NCBI GenBank assembly: GCA_964602055.1
Contig: CAZRPU010000004.1
Location: 12,902 to 76,901 of the forward strand
From: an uncultured Ignavibacteriaceae bacterium
GTDB taxonomy: Bacteria; Bacteroidota; Ignavibacteria; UBA10030
Length of the DNA: 64,000 nucleotides
Direction of reading: 5' to 3'
The notes beneath the pieces are model-generated. The model made no database searches, was not told the origin of the DNA, and saw nothing but the letters and a program-made list of their open reading frames with translations. The number at the start of each line of letters is the position of its first letter. The stretch's first letter is position 1. Made by a program: the position numbers and the translations under genes. Of this stretch, positions 45,189 through 54,361 are shown in pieces.

Positions 45189-48100
45189 TCAGTTTTTCTC
45201 TTTCTTTTCCGGCTTCCAGTCAAGATCGAGCGTCTTGTATTCCGGAAAGAGCTTCAATTCCGCTGATTCCACGGATTTCTGAAAAGCTGCAACATCTTCG
45301 GAGAAAACCCTGTTCAGGCGACCTAATGCCTCCTGAAGAAGAGCTTCCGCCTGTCTCAGGTTGGTTCTTTGGGTGCTTGTCGGAGCATCCCACGATGAAC
45401 CGAGTGATCGTTGGACGGATCCAAGTTTTGCTGCAACCGTGTTGCTGCTCCTTGTTATTCCTTGAAACCTGTTCGGTTCATCGAGAAACTGATCTGCAAC
45501 CTCGGTGAGTTTTTTCCTGACCTTCTCCGCTTCGGTACGGAGGTTTTTTACCTTGTCATCAGATCGGCTTTTTGCCTGATCCAGGACCGCGTCAATGACC
45601 TTTCGGATGGCCACGATCCGATCAACCGCCTCGGCAGCAACCTCCAGACGCTGAGCGACGATCTTCATCATGTCGGCTTTTGCCTGAAGATCGTTTTGGG
45701 GAACCACCGTTCGGGGGTCCGCCAATATCTGCACGACTCCTGACGTTTCTCTTCTTCCTGCTTTTATCCTCACAGTGTACGTGCCCGGGAGTACCTGAGG
45801 ACCCTGTGGCGTGAAGTCTCCGGGCGCAGGCCGTCCCAGCCTGGGAGTCTTGGACCCGTCCATGCGCAGATTCCACGAAACCCGGTTCAATCCCCTGTCG
45901 GCGGTGCCTGCAAATTTTCTGACAACTTTTCCTGAAGAATCGAGAATCTCTATGTCCACTTTCGCCGAATCACGCCGTTCCGACCTTTCCTCGCCCTCGC
46001 TTCCTGCGGAATCGCCGCCCCGTTTGGCCATCAAGGAGTCACGGGGAATATTCAACGAATAGGTGATAAGAGCGCCGTAGGGCCTCTGATCCCCTTTGAA
46101 CATGGCGTCGGCAGGGAAGTGATACCCGCTCATGGCGCGCACTTCGTGCTGATAGGCCGAAGGAATTTCAAACAGATGAAGTGGTTTTTCGAGGATTTCT
46201 TTTGACACCGTGCGCAAGGGCCGCACGTCATCGAGGACATACGCTGCCCGTCCGTGCGTGCCAATGACCAGATCGTGATCGCGCGGATGAATGATCAGCG
46301 CCATCGCCGATACCGTGGGAAATCCATGCGTCCATTTCATCCATTGCCCGCCCCCGTCAAAGCTCACCCAGAGCCCGAATTCTGTTCCGAGGAACAGAAG
46401 GTTCCGGTTTACGGGATCTTCTTCCACGACGAGAGCGTACCCCCACAATCCGTCTTTGCCTGCGGGATTGTTTTTCGTCAGCGAGGTCCATGATTTCCCG
46501 TAGTCCGTCGTTCGATACAAATACGTTGTCCAGTTGCTGCGCCGGTGGTCGTCAAAGACGACATAGGCGGTTCCCGCGTCATGGCGGGACGCTTCGATGT
46601 GGGGGACCCACGTCAAGGGAGGAACGCCGGGAATATTCTTCACGACATTGGTCCAGGTTTTTCCTCCGTCCCGTGTCACCTGAACGTTGCCGTCATCCGT
46701 TCCCACCCAAAGAACTTCCTTCTGTACCGGACTGGGTGCCAGCGTCACAATCGTGGTGAAGTTCTCAGCCGCCGTAACGTCTTTCGTCAGCCCGCCGCTT
46801 TCGGCCTGCTTTTGTTTCGTGGTGTCATTCGTCGTCAGATCGGGGCTGATAATATTCCAGCTGTTGCCGCGGTCGGTGCTGCAGTGGACGAATTGGCTTC
46901 CGTACAGTATGGTCCTTGAATCAAAGGGATCCGCCGCGATGGCGGCATTCCAGTTGAAGCGCAGCTCCACTCCGTCGGGGGCCCAGGGACGGATATCTTT
47001 CCTCTCTCCCGTCTTCCAGTTGTAGCGTATCAGGTAGCCTCCCTGCGACATGGCATAACCGTACGACGGATCGGAAGGATCGACGAGGGTAGCAAATCCA
47101 TCCCCGAATCCGACTTCGTTCCAGTGCCAGTTGCGGATACCGTTGTTTTCCCAAACATCGCTGGGACCTCTCCATGACCCGTTATCCTGCATTCCTCCGT
47201 AGATATTGAAGGGAATGTCAGCATCGACGTTGATATGATAGAATTGTGCCAGCGGAAGATTGTCGATGAACCGCCAGGTTTTTCCGTGATCGCGGCTGAC
47301 CGCGACCCCTCCGTCGTTTCCTTCGATAAGAAAGCTGCCGTCCGTCGGATGAATCCACAAAGCGTGGTGATCCGAATGCACGCCGCGGGCTATGGTTGAA
47401 AATGATTTTCCTCCATCGTGACTTACCTGAAGGTTGGAATGAAGGCTGTAAACGCGGTTTTCATTCTGCGGATCCACCCTCAGATCGGCATAATAGAAGG
47501 GTCTTGGGGCGATATTGGGAGAATCGTTGATGGTTTGCCAGCTCTTTCCTCCGTCATCGGACCTGCAGAGGGTGTTCTTCGTTGCCTCGACAAGCGCATA
47601 GACCACATCGGGATTATTCCTGGCAATCGCAACGCCGATGCGGCCGAGTTCTCCCTTCGGGAGGCCATCCGAGCCGGTGATGGCCTTCCATGATTCTCCG
47701 CCGTCATAGGTGACATGCAGGCCGCTCCCGGCACCTCCCGATTTAAAAAACCAGGGCCAACGGCGATATTCCCACATCGCAGCAAAAAGCTTGTTGGGAT
47801 TGGAAGGATCCATCACGAGATCAGCGCAACCGGTTTTTTCATTCACGTACAGGATTTTCTTCCACGATTTTCCCCCATCCGTGGTTCTGAAGACTCCCCG
47901 ATCAGGGTTTTCACCCCACATCTGACCCATTGCCGCGGCGTAAGCGATGTCGGGGTTCGTGGGATGAAGAACGATGCGATGGATCCGCTCGGTTTTTTCC
48001 AGACCTGCGGACTGCCAGGTTTCTCCGCCATCGAGACTTTTATAGGCGCCGTACCCCACGCTCGCGCTGTTCCTCGGGTTTCCTTCTCCGGTTCCCACCC

Positions 48101-48410
48101 AGACAACTGCCGGGTTTGGCTGAAAAACGGCGACCGCTCCAATCGCTGCAACCCGCTGCGCATCGAACAATGGCTTCCACGTCATGCCTCCGTTGACGGT
48201 TTTCCAGACACCTCCTGTTGCGGCGCCCACATAGATGATGTCGGGATTAGACGCAACCGCCGTAAGGTCCGCGATGCGGCCGCTCATGCCCGCAGGCCCA
48301 ACGCTCCTAGCCCGCATTCCTGAAAAATGCGCGGGGTCAAACTGGCCGACAGCGGCAGAAGAGAGAAGAACAAGGGCGAAGAAGACGGCTCGGAGTGAGA
48401 ACATGTTCAT
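45189..48410 (-). CDS. Sortilin/VPS10-like BNR (Asp-box) repeat beta-propeller protein with helical C-terminal tail
   Basis: The start was chosen at the ATG at 48410, giving the signal peptide MNMFSLRAVFFALVLLSSAAVGQ. About ten SxDxGxTW-type Asp-boxes are present (SLDGGETW, TTDGGKSW, TYDGGESW, SDDGGKSW, SRDHGKTW, TRDGGKTW, TTDYGKSW and others). Confidence 0.75.
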   Translation of the reverse strand: MNMFSLRAVFFALVLLSSAAVGQFDPAHFSGMRARSVGPAGMSGRIADLTAVASNPDIIYVGAATGGVWKTVNGGMTWKPLFDAQRVAAIGAVAVFQPNPAVVWVGTGEGNPRNSASVGYGAYKSLDGGETWQSAGLEKTERIHRIVLHPTNPDIAYAAAMGQMWGENPDRGVFRTTDGGKSWKKILYVNEKTGCADLVMDPSNPNKLFAAMWEYRRWPWFFKSGGAGSGLHVTYDGGESWKAITGSDGLPKGELGRIGVAIARNNPDVVYALVEATKNTLCRSDDGGKSWQTINDSPNIAPRPFYYADLRVDPQNENRVYSLHSNLQVSHDGGKSFSTIARGVHSDHHALWIHPTDGSFLIEGNDGGVAVSRDHGKTWRFIDNLPLAQFYHINVDADIPFNIYGGMQDNGSWRGPSDVWENNGIRNWHWNEVGFGDGFATLVDPSDPSYGYAMSQGGYLIRYNWKTGERKDIRPWAPDGVELRFNWNAAIAADPFDSRTILYGSQFVHCSTDRGNSWNIISPDLTTNDTTKQKQAESGGLTKDVTAAENFTTIVTLAPSPVQKEVLWVGTDDGNVQVTRDGGKTWTNVVKNIPGVPPLTWVPHIEASRHDAGTAYVVFDDHRRSNWTTYLYRTTDYGKSWTSLTKNNPAGKDGLWGYALVVEEDPVNRNLLFLGTEFGLWVSFDGGGQWMKWTHGFPTVSAMALIIHPRDHDLVIGTHGRAAYVLDDVRPLRTVSKEILEKPLHLFEIPSAYQHEVRAMSGYHFPADAMFKGDQRPYGALITYSLNIPRDSLMAKRGGDSAGSEGEERSERRDSAKVDIEILDSSGKVVRKFAGTADRGLNRVSWNLRMDGSKTPRLGRPAPGDFTPQGPQVLPGTYTVRIKAGRRETSGVVQILADPRTVVPQNDLQAKADMMKIVAQRLEVAAEAVDRIVAIRKVIDAVLDQAKSRSDDKVKNLRTEAEKVRKKLTEVADQFLDEPNRFQGITRSSNTVAAKLGSVQRSLGSSWDAPTSTQRTNLRQAEALLQEALGRLNRVFSEDVAAFQKSVESAELKLFPEYKTLDLDWKPEKKEKN

Positions 48411-48584
48411 AGGGAACCTCAGATATGATCGGGAGAGAATGGTGTGCGGGAGTGAGTGAGAGACACATCCGTGCGGAGGCAGAATATTCAAATCTGTCAG
48501 AAAAGTCAAGGTGCACATTGTTCCCCAGATTGGGGAACCGATGTTGAATTGTCTCTATTTCTTCTTATCTTTCCTTCCCTCACA

Positions 48585-49529
48585 ATGTCATCTGCTATCC
48601 TCAAACCGCCCCGACTTCGCAAAGGTAACGTTGTCGGACTGATCTCTCCCGCCAGTGCCCCTTCTTCCGGCGAGAAGATTGAAAAAGCGGTTCTCTATCT
48701 TGAGCGGCTTGGATACCGTGTCAAGGTGGGGGATCATGTCCTTGATCAGCTTGGATACCTTGCGGGCACGGATGAGCACCGCGCAGAAGACTTCAACAGG
48801 ATGGTTCAGGACAAAGAGGTCAAAGCCATTGTGGCGGTGCGGGGTGGATATGGAACACCGCGGCTTCTTTCGCTCATCAATTACGCCGCCGTCAAGAAAA
48901 ATCCGAAGATTATCGTCGGATACAGCGATTTGACCGCTCTTCAGCTCGCTGTGTATCGGAAGACCGGACTGGTGACGTTCTCCGGCCCCATGGCCGGTGT
49001 TGAAATGTGGAACTCGATGGATCCCTACACCGAGGAGAGTTTCTGGAAGACGGTCACATCACCGTCGCCTGTCGGCATGCTGGAGAATCCTCCCGACGAA
49101 GCATCCATCCTTTTTCATCGCGGAAAGGCCTCCGGAAGGCTCCTGGGAGGAAATCTCTCCCTGCTGCTTTCCTCGCTTGGTACTCCCTACATGCCCGATC
49201 TCAACAAAGCGCTGCTTATTCTCGAAGAGATTGATGAGGCCCCGCACCGCGTAGATCGCATGCTTGCTCAGCTCTTCAACAGCGGCATTCTGGGCAAGAT
49301 CGCGGGATTGGTGCTTGGTCGCTTCACAGACTGCAAGCCGACGGACCCGAGCAAGCCGTTTCGGTCCATCGATGAAGTGCTCTCGGAGCTCGTGTCGCGG
49401 GTTTCCGTTCCGACGTTGACCAATTTCCAATATGGTCACATTCCCAAAAAGCTGACGATCCCTCTCGGTTTGTCCTCCCGCTTGCACCCCGACGGAGCTC
49501 TCGAGATTACTGAATCTGCCGTACTATAA
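48585..49529 (+). CDS. ldcA: LD-carboxypeptidase (S66, muramoyltetrapeptide carboxypeptidase)
   Basis: The start was chosen at the ATG at 48585. It has GLISPAS, the nucleophile motif VGYSDLTAL, and C-terminal LEE...FQYGHIP (Ser-Glu-His triad context). Confidence 0.8.
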   Translation: MSSAILKPPRLRKGNVVGLISPASAPSSGEKIEKAVLYLERLGYRVKVGDHVLDQLGYLAGTDEHRAEDFNRMVQDKEVKAIVAVRGGYGTPRLLSLINYAAVKKNPKIIVGYSDLTALQLAVYRKTGLVTFSGPMAGVEMWNSMDPYTEESFWKTVTSPSPVGMLENPPDEASILFHRGKASGRLLGGNLSLLLSSLGTPYMPDLNKALLILEEIDEAPHRVDRMLAQLFNSGILGKIAGLVLGRFTDCKPTDPSKPFRSIDEVLSELVSRVSVPTLTNFQYGHIPKKLTIPLGLSSRLHPDGALEITESAVL

Positions 49530-49530
49530 G

Positions 49531-49562
49531 ATTCTCTCGAGATCATTCTCGAGCGAATTTTC
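49531..49562 (+). terminator. Probable terminator after ldcA
   Basis: ATTC-T-CTCGAG-ATCATT-CTCGAG-C-GAAT forms 10 bp of stem with one mismatch and runs into TTTT. It starts 2 nt after the stop codon. Confidence 0.45.
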
Positions 49563-49638
49563 ATCTTGACGCTCGATCGTAGCCAATGTCCTTCCGCCTT
49601 TCTCTTTCCGAAAACCCCATCCAAATCGCCGTAATTCA

Positions 49639-49667
49639 TTGACAATTCAGCGACTTATCGCTACCTT
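49639..49667 (+). promoter_or_regulatory. Possible purN promoter (TTGACA-N17-TACCTT)
   Basis: It has a perfect -35 and a weak -10, about 40 nt upstream of the purN start. Confidence 0.3.
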
Positions 49668-49705
49668 GCATTCTCCGAATCACCTTTTTTCCTATACTCC
49701 CTTTG

Positions 49706-50323
49706 ATGAAAATCGCCGTTTTTGCTTCGGGACGCGGCTCCAATTTGCAGGCAATCCTTGACGCAATTCAACACAATGCCTTGCGTGCGCATGTCTGCGT
49801 CACCGTGAGCAACAATTCCTCTGCCGGCGCGCTCGCCATCGCCCGAACCAACAAGATTCCGGCGATCCATCTCAGTGAACGGCAGTTTCCATCTGAAGAT
49901 GCTCTTGTTACCCGTCTCTTCAGATTACTCGACGACCACAAAGCGGACTTCATCGCTCTGGCTGGCTTCATGAAGAAACTTCATCCTGCCATCATCCAAC
50001 GTTTTCGACACAGGATTGCCAACGTACATCCGGCGCTGCTGCCCGCGTTCGGCGGAGTGGGGATGTACGGAATGAAGGTTCATGAAGCCGTTCTTGCCTC
50101 CGGCGCTAAGATTTCAGGAGCAACCGTTCACCTCGTGGACGAGGAATATGATCACGGGCCGATCCTGCTTCAGGAGACCGTTCCCGTTCTGTCTCACGAT
50201 ACACCTGAAAGTCTCGCAGCGAGAGTCCTCGCCGTTGAGCATCGTATTTATCCCATGGCCCTCAACGCCTTTGCCGAGGGAAAGGTCACCATCGAAGGGC
50301 ACAAAGCGTGGATCGCGCTGTGA
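49706..50323 (+). CDS. purN: Phosphoribosylglycinamide formyltransferase
   Basis: It has MKIAVFASGRGSNLQAI and the formyltransferase NVHPALLPAFGG...GATVHLVDEEYDHGPI motifs. Confidence 0.95.
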   Translation: MKIAVFASGRGSNLQAILDAIQHNALRAHVCVTVSNNSSAGALAIARTNKIPAIHLSERQFPSEDALVTRLFRLLDDHKADFIALAGFMKKLHPAIIQRFRHRIANVHPALLPAFGGVGMYGMKVHEAVLASGAKISGATVHLVDEEYDHGPILLQETVPVLSHDTPESLAARVLAVEHRIYPMALNAFAEGKVTIEGHKAWIAL

Positions 50324-50370
50324 CCGCACAATCTCCCCCCATACCACCCAACGACGTACAACCAGCCGGG

Positions 50371-51909
50371 ATGCTCGCCATCAAACGAGCTCTTGTGAGC
50401 GTCTCTGATAAAGAAGGACTGGTCGCTTTTGTGAAAGAGCTCAGGACCTTTGGCGTTGAAATCATCTCCACCGGAGGAACGGCGGATACTTTGAGGAAGG
50501 CCGATATTGCCGTCACGCCGGTATCCTCCGTCACGGGTTTCCCCGAAATTCTCGGCGGACGCGTGAAGACGCTTCATCCATCCGTTCATGCGGGCATTCT
50601 GGCGGATCTTGACGATCCGGCCCACACGGCGCAACTCCGGGAACACGGCATCAAACCCATCGATCTCGTTGTTGTGAATTTGTATCCTTTTCAATCTGCA
50701 GTTTCCAATCCCGATGTCGCTCTGGCCGAGGCGGTGGAAGAAATTGATATAGGCGGCCCTGCCATGGTGCGGGCTTCGGCAAAGAACTATCGGCATACCG
50801 CTGTCGTGGTGGAACCGAAGAGGTATCCCGACATCCTTCGCGAGATGCGGGCGAACAATGGAGCCATAGGTGAACGCGTTCGCTACGATCTCGCTCTCGA
50901 AGCGTTTCGTCACACAGCCCGGTATGATGCTGCGATAGCAGCTTTTCTCGCAGGAAGGAAGGAGACCAGCCCTCTTCCCGAATACCTGGTGATTACCGAA
51001 CCAAAGACTCTTTCTCTTCGCTATGGAGAGAATCCGCACCAAGCCGCGGCATTTTACGGAACGTTGGATGACGATCTCCGGCAGCTGCACGGCAAGGATT
51101 TGTCTTTCAACAATATTCTGGATTCCTCTGCCGCTGTGTCTCTCTGTTCTGAATTCGAGCGGCCCTCGGCGGTCATTGTGAAGCACAACAATCCCTGCGG
51201 GGCTGCCTCGGCAGAAACAATTCTCGATGCCTACACGAACGCCCTCGCCACGGACCCAAAATCCGCCTACGGGGGCATTGTCGCCTTCAATCGTTCCGTT
51301 GATCCGGCGACGGCAGAAGCCCTCAATACATTGTTTCTCGAAGTCGTCATCGCTCCCGAGTTTCCCCAGGCGACGCTGGAGATTCTGAAAAAAAAGAAAG
51401 ACCGGAGGCTACTTCTCCTGCGGAAACAGGCGACGGCGGATCGCCCGCTGGATCTGCGGCGTGTTTTTGGCGGGTTTCTGGTTCAGGAGGGGGACGGACG
51501 TCAACTTACATCGGATGACGTGAAAGCGGTCACACAAAGAAAGCCCACAGATCCGGAACTTCAATCTCTGCTTTTTGCCTGGCGTGTTGCGAAGCACGTG
51601 AAATCCAACGCCATTGTTTATGCGCGGGAGAACAGGACGCTGGGAATAGGAGCGGGTCAGATGTCCAGGGTGGATTCGGCCCGCATCGCTGCTCAGAAAG
51701 CCAGGGACGCAGGCCTTTCCCTTCAGGGATCTGCCGTTGCCTCGGATGCGTTTTTCCCCTTTGCGGACGGGCTCTTGGAGTGCATCGCGGTGGGCGCAAC
51801 TGCCGTCATTCAGCCTGGGGGGTCGGTTCGGGACGAGGAAGTCATCCGGGCGGCAGATGAACATTCGATTGCGATGGTTTTTACCGGCGTACGTCATTTC
51901 AGGCACTAA
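50371..51909 (+). CDS. purH: Bifunctional AICAR formyltransferase / IMP cyclohydrolase
   Basis: The start was chosen at the ATG at 50371. It has KRALVSVSDKEGL...STGGTA (MGS-like domain), VVVNLYPF and a C-terminal GGSVRDEEVI. Confidence 0.95.
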   Translation: MLAIKRALVSVSDKEGLVAFVKELRTFGVEIISTGGTADTLRKADIAVTPVSSVTGFPEILGGRVKTLHPSVHAGILADLDDPAHTAQLREHGIKPIDLVVVNLYPFQSAVSNPDVALAEAVEEIDIGGPAMVRASAKNYRHTAVVVEPKRYPDILREMRANNGAIGERVRYDLALEAFRHTARYDAAIAAFLAGRKETSPLPEYLVITEPKTLSLRYGENPHQAAAFYGTLDDDLRQLHGKDLSFNNILDSSAAVSLCSEFERPSAVIVKHNNPCGAASAETILDAYTNALATDPKSAYGGIVAFNRSVDPATAEALNTLFLEVVIAPEFPQATLEILKKKKDRRLLLLRKQATADRPLDLRRVFGGFLVQEGDGRQLTSDDVKAVTQRKPTDPELQSLLFAWRVAKHVKSNAIVYARENRTLGIGAGQMSRVDSARIAAQKARDAGLSLQGSAVASDAFFPFADGLLECIAVGATAVIQPGGSVRDEEVIRAADEHSIAMVFTGVRHFRH

Positions 51910-51944
51910 TTCTTATTCTTTCTTTTATTACATTCTAGCTCCCT

Positions 51945-52970
51945 ATGAGTCTCTTTTCTCTTTTTTCCGCAGATATCGCCATTGACCTCGGCACCGCGAA
52001 CACGGTCATTTGGATGAAAAGCAAGGGGATCGTCCTCAACGAACCCTCGATTGTTGCCTTCGACCGCAACACAAAAAAGATCATCGCCATTGGAAACGAA
52101 GCCCGTGAAATGCTCGGCCGTACTCATCGTGATATTCGCACCATCAGGCCCATGCGCGACGGTGTTATTGCCGATTTTGAAATAGCAGAAGGAATGCTCC
52201 GGGAGTTCATCAAGAAGATCAATTCCGCCTGGGTTCCCGCCCGGCGCATTGTTGTTTCAGTTCCGTCGGGCATCACCGAAGTGGAAAAACGCGCTGTGAG
52301 GGATTCGGCAGAGCACGCCGGAGCGAAAGAGGTTCACCTTCTTGCGGAACCCATGGCCGCTGCCATTGGGGTCGGCCTGGACGTGGACGCCCCCGTCGGG
52401 AACATGGTGGTTGACATCGGAGGAGGAACAACAGAAATCGCCGTGATCGCTCTTTCCGGAATCGTCAACGAAGAATCCATCAGGGTCGCGGGCGATGAAA
52501 TGAACAATGCGATTATCCAGTTCTTCAAACGGAACCATAATATCCTCATAGGCGAACGCACCGCCGAGGCCATCAAGTGCGAGGTCGGATCGGCCATGCC
52601 TCTGAAGGAAGAAATCACCATTCAGGTCAAAGGCCGCGATCTTGTCAACGGTGTCCCGAAAACAACCGAGGTCAGTTCCGTGGAAATCCGCGAAGCTCTC
52701 AACGAACCGATTGCGCAGATCGTCGAAGCGGTCAAGATGACCCTCGAGCGTACACCCCCTGAGCTCTCTGCCGATATCCTCGACCGCGGGATCATGCTCA
52801 GCGGAGGAGGGGCACTGTTGAAAAATCTTGACGAACGATTGAGACTGGAGACGAATCTGCCTGTCCATGTTTCGGAAGACCCGCTGACCGCTGTCGTACG
52901 CGGAACAGGCAAGGTTCTCGAGAACCTGGATCAATACGCCAAGGTGCTCATCAAAAGCAAGCGGTACTGA
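51945..52970 (+). CDS. mreB: Rod-shape-determining actin homologue MreB
   Basis: It has IAIDLGTANT, DIGGGTTE and GIMLSGGGALL, the actin-fold phosphate and adenosine motifs. Confidence 0.97.
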   Translation: MSLFSLFSADIAIDLGTANTVIWMKSKGIVLNEPSIVAFDRNTKKIIAIGNEAREMLGRTHRDIRTIRPMRDGVIADFEIAEGMLREFIKKINSAWVPARRIVVSVPSGITEVEKRAVRDSAEHAGAKEVHLLAEPMAAAIGVGLDVDAPVGNMVVDIGGGTTEIAVIALSGIVNEESIRVAGDEMNNAIIQFFKRNHNILIGERTAEAIKCEVGSAMPLKEEITIQVKGRDLVNGVPKTTEVSSVEIREALNEPIAQIVEAVKMTLERTPPELSADILDRGIMLSGGGALLKNLDERLRLETNLPVHVSEDPLTAVVRGTGKVLENLDQYAKVLIKSKRY

Positions 52971-53033
52971 GTTGCTGTCCGGGATTGTGGGTTGACCCCT
53001 CCTGATCAGAACGTGTAAACCGCTGTTCCTTCC

Positions 53034-53873
53034 ATGCTCGAACGTCTCTATAATCTTTTTCTGCAATTCAAGGAATACGTCCTCCTGGCGGGACTCGTTG
53101 TTCTTTCTTTTGTTCTTCTCTCCCTCAACGACAAGCCTCAGGTACGGCGCATCAGAACAATCGCCACCGTTGCCATGGGCGTTGTACAGGGTCAGTTGTC
53201 CTTCATTCCGCGTTACTTCCGGCTTAAAGGCGAAAACGAGGCACTCCGCCGCGTGAACATCGAACTCTCCGACGAGACCAATCAACTGCGGGATGCAAAA
53301 CTTGAAAACATCCGTCTCCGGTCGCTTCTCGGATTGAAAGAACGGTCCGACTACCCCCTCTGTGCTGCAAACGTCATCAGCAAGAACCTGACTCTTCTCA
53401 GAAATTCCTTGACGCTCGATGTCGGAACGGATGATGGCATCGGGCCGTCCATGCCCGTGCTGAGTGAAGCGGGGCTTGTTGGCGTGATTGTCGCAGCCAG
53501 CGAACACTATTCGGTTGCCAATATTCTCCTCAATACGGATTTTCGCGCAAGCGCCAAAGTACAACGCAGTCGCGTGGACGGCATTCTTGCCTGGGACGGT
53601 CAAAACCTCGCCCTCAAGAATGTTGCCAAAACCCTGGATGTTCGTCAGGGCGATGTTCTCGTTACATCGGAGTACAGCAGCACCTACCCCGCAGACATAC
53701 GCATCGGTTTGATCTCGAATGTCCGGGAACAAACGGGATCCCTGTTCAAGGAAGTCCTTGTTGCGCCGAGCGTGGATTTTGTCCGGCTGGAACAGGTGTT
53801 TGTTCTCCGTGCACTGCCCGACAGCGAAAAAGTCGCACTCGAGATCAAGGCCGGCAAGGGGGTGAACCCCTAA
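53034..53873 (+). CDS. mreC: Rod-shape-determining protein MreC
   Basis: It has an N-terminal TM helix, a coiled coil (ENEALRRVNIELSDETNQLRD), and a beta-domain with GLVGVI and SRVDGILAWDG. It lies after mreB. Confidence 0.9.
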   Translation: MLERLYNLFLQFKEYVLLAGLVVLSFVLLSLNDKPQVRRIRTIATVAMGVVQGQLSFIPRYFRLKGENEALRRVNIELSDETNQLRDAKLENIRLRSLLGLKERSDYPLCAANVISKNLTLLRNSLTLDVGTDDGIGPSMPVLSEAGLVGVIVAASEHYSVANILLNTDFRASAKVQRSRVDGILAWDGQNLALKNVAKTLDVRQGDVLVTSEYSSTYPADIRIGLISNVREQTGSLFKEVLVAPSVDFVRLEQVFVLRALPDSEKVALEIKAGKGVNP

Positions 53874-53875
53874 TC

Positions 53876-54361
53876 ATGGAACGTCATTTTCGATCGGTCC
53901 TCCTTGTCTTCGTTCTCCTGCTTCTCCAGACGACGTTTATTCCTCTTCTGGCGCTCGGCGGTGTCGTGCCCGACCTCCTGTTAATTTGGGTCGTTTTTAC
54001 GGCACTCCGGCGCGGGCAAGTGGAAGCCATGCTGGCCGGGTTCATCGTGGGCCTGTCGCAGGATCTCCTTGCAACCCAGCTCTTCGGCCTTGCTGCGATG
54101 ACAAAAACGATAGCCGGATTTTTCGCCGGATACTTCTTCAATGAGAACAAGACGGACCAGACGCTCGGAACGTACCGTTTCCTCCTGGTCATCGGCTCGT
54201 CATCGATCATCCACAATGTCGTCTACTATACGATCTTCCTGCAGGGAACCGATGCATCGCTTCCTCTGGCCGTTGTGCAGATCAGCCTCGCCGTGACGGC
54301 ATATACGATCGCCGTGGGCGCCCTCCCCATGTTCACTTTTTCCCGACGATTGGCCACATGA
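53876..54361 (+). CDS. mreD: Rod-shape-determining protein MreD
   Basis: 161-aa polytopic membrane protein lying between mreC and mrdA. Confidence 0.8.
   Translation: MERHFRSVLLVFVLLLLQTTFIPLLALGGVVPDLLLIWVVFTALRRGQVEAMLAGFIVGLSQDLLATQLFGLAAMTKTIAGFFAGYFFNENKTDQTLGTYRFLLVIGSSSIIHNVVYYTIFLQGTDASLPLAVVQISLAVTAYTIAVGALPMFTFSRRLAT

Noticed and set aside
43601-45508. A 635-codon stop-free frame on the + strand that runs antisense through both M16 peptidase genes, crosses the intergenic gap and enters the BNR gene.
   Set aside because: The translation is Arg/Cys/Pro-rich and unlike a real protein. It has no ribosome-binding site or recognisable motif. The opposite strand carries genes with clear family signatures (HxxEH, Asp-boxes). 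It is typical of shadow ORFs in GC-rich coding DNA.
52257-53732. A 491-codon antisense ORF that covers mreB and mreC.
   Set aside because: mreB and mreC on the + strand are unambiguous. The antisense product has no motifs and an arginine-rich, low-complexity composition.
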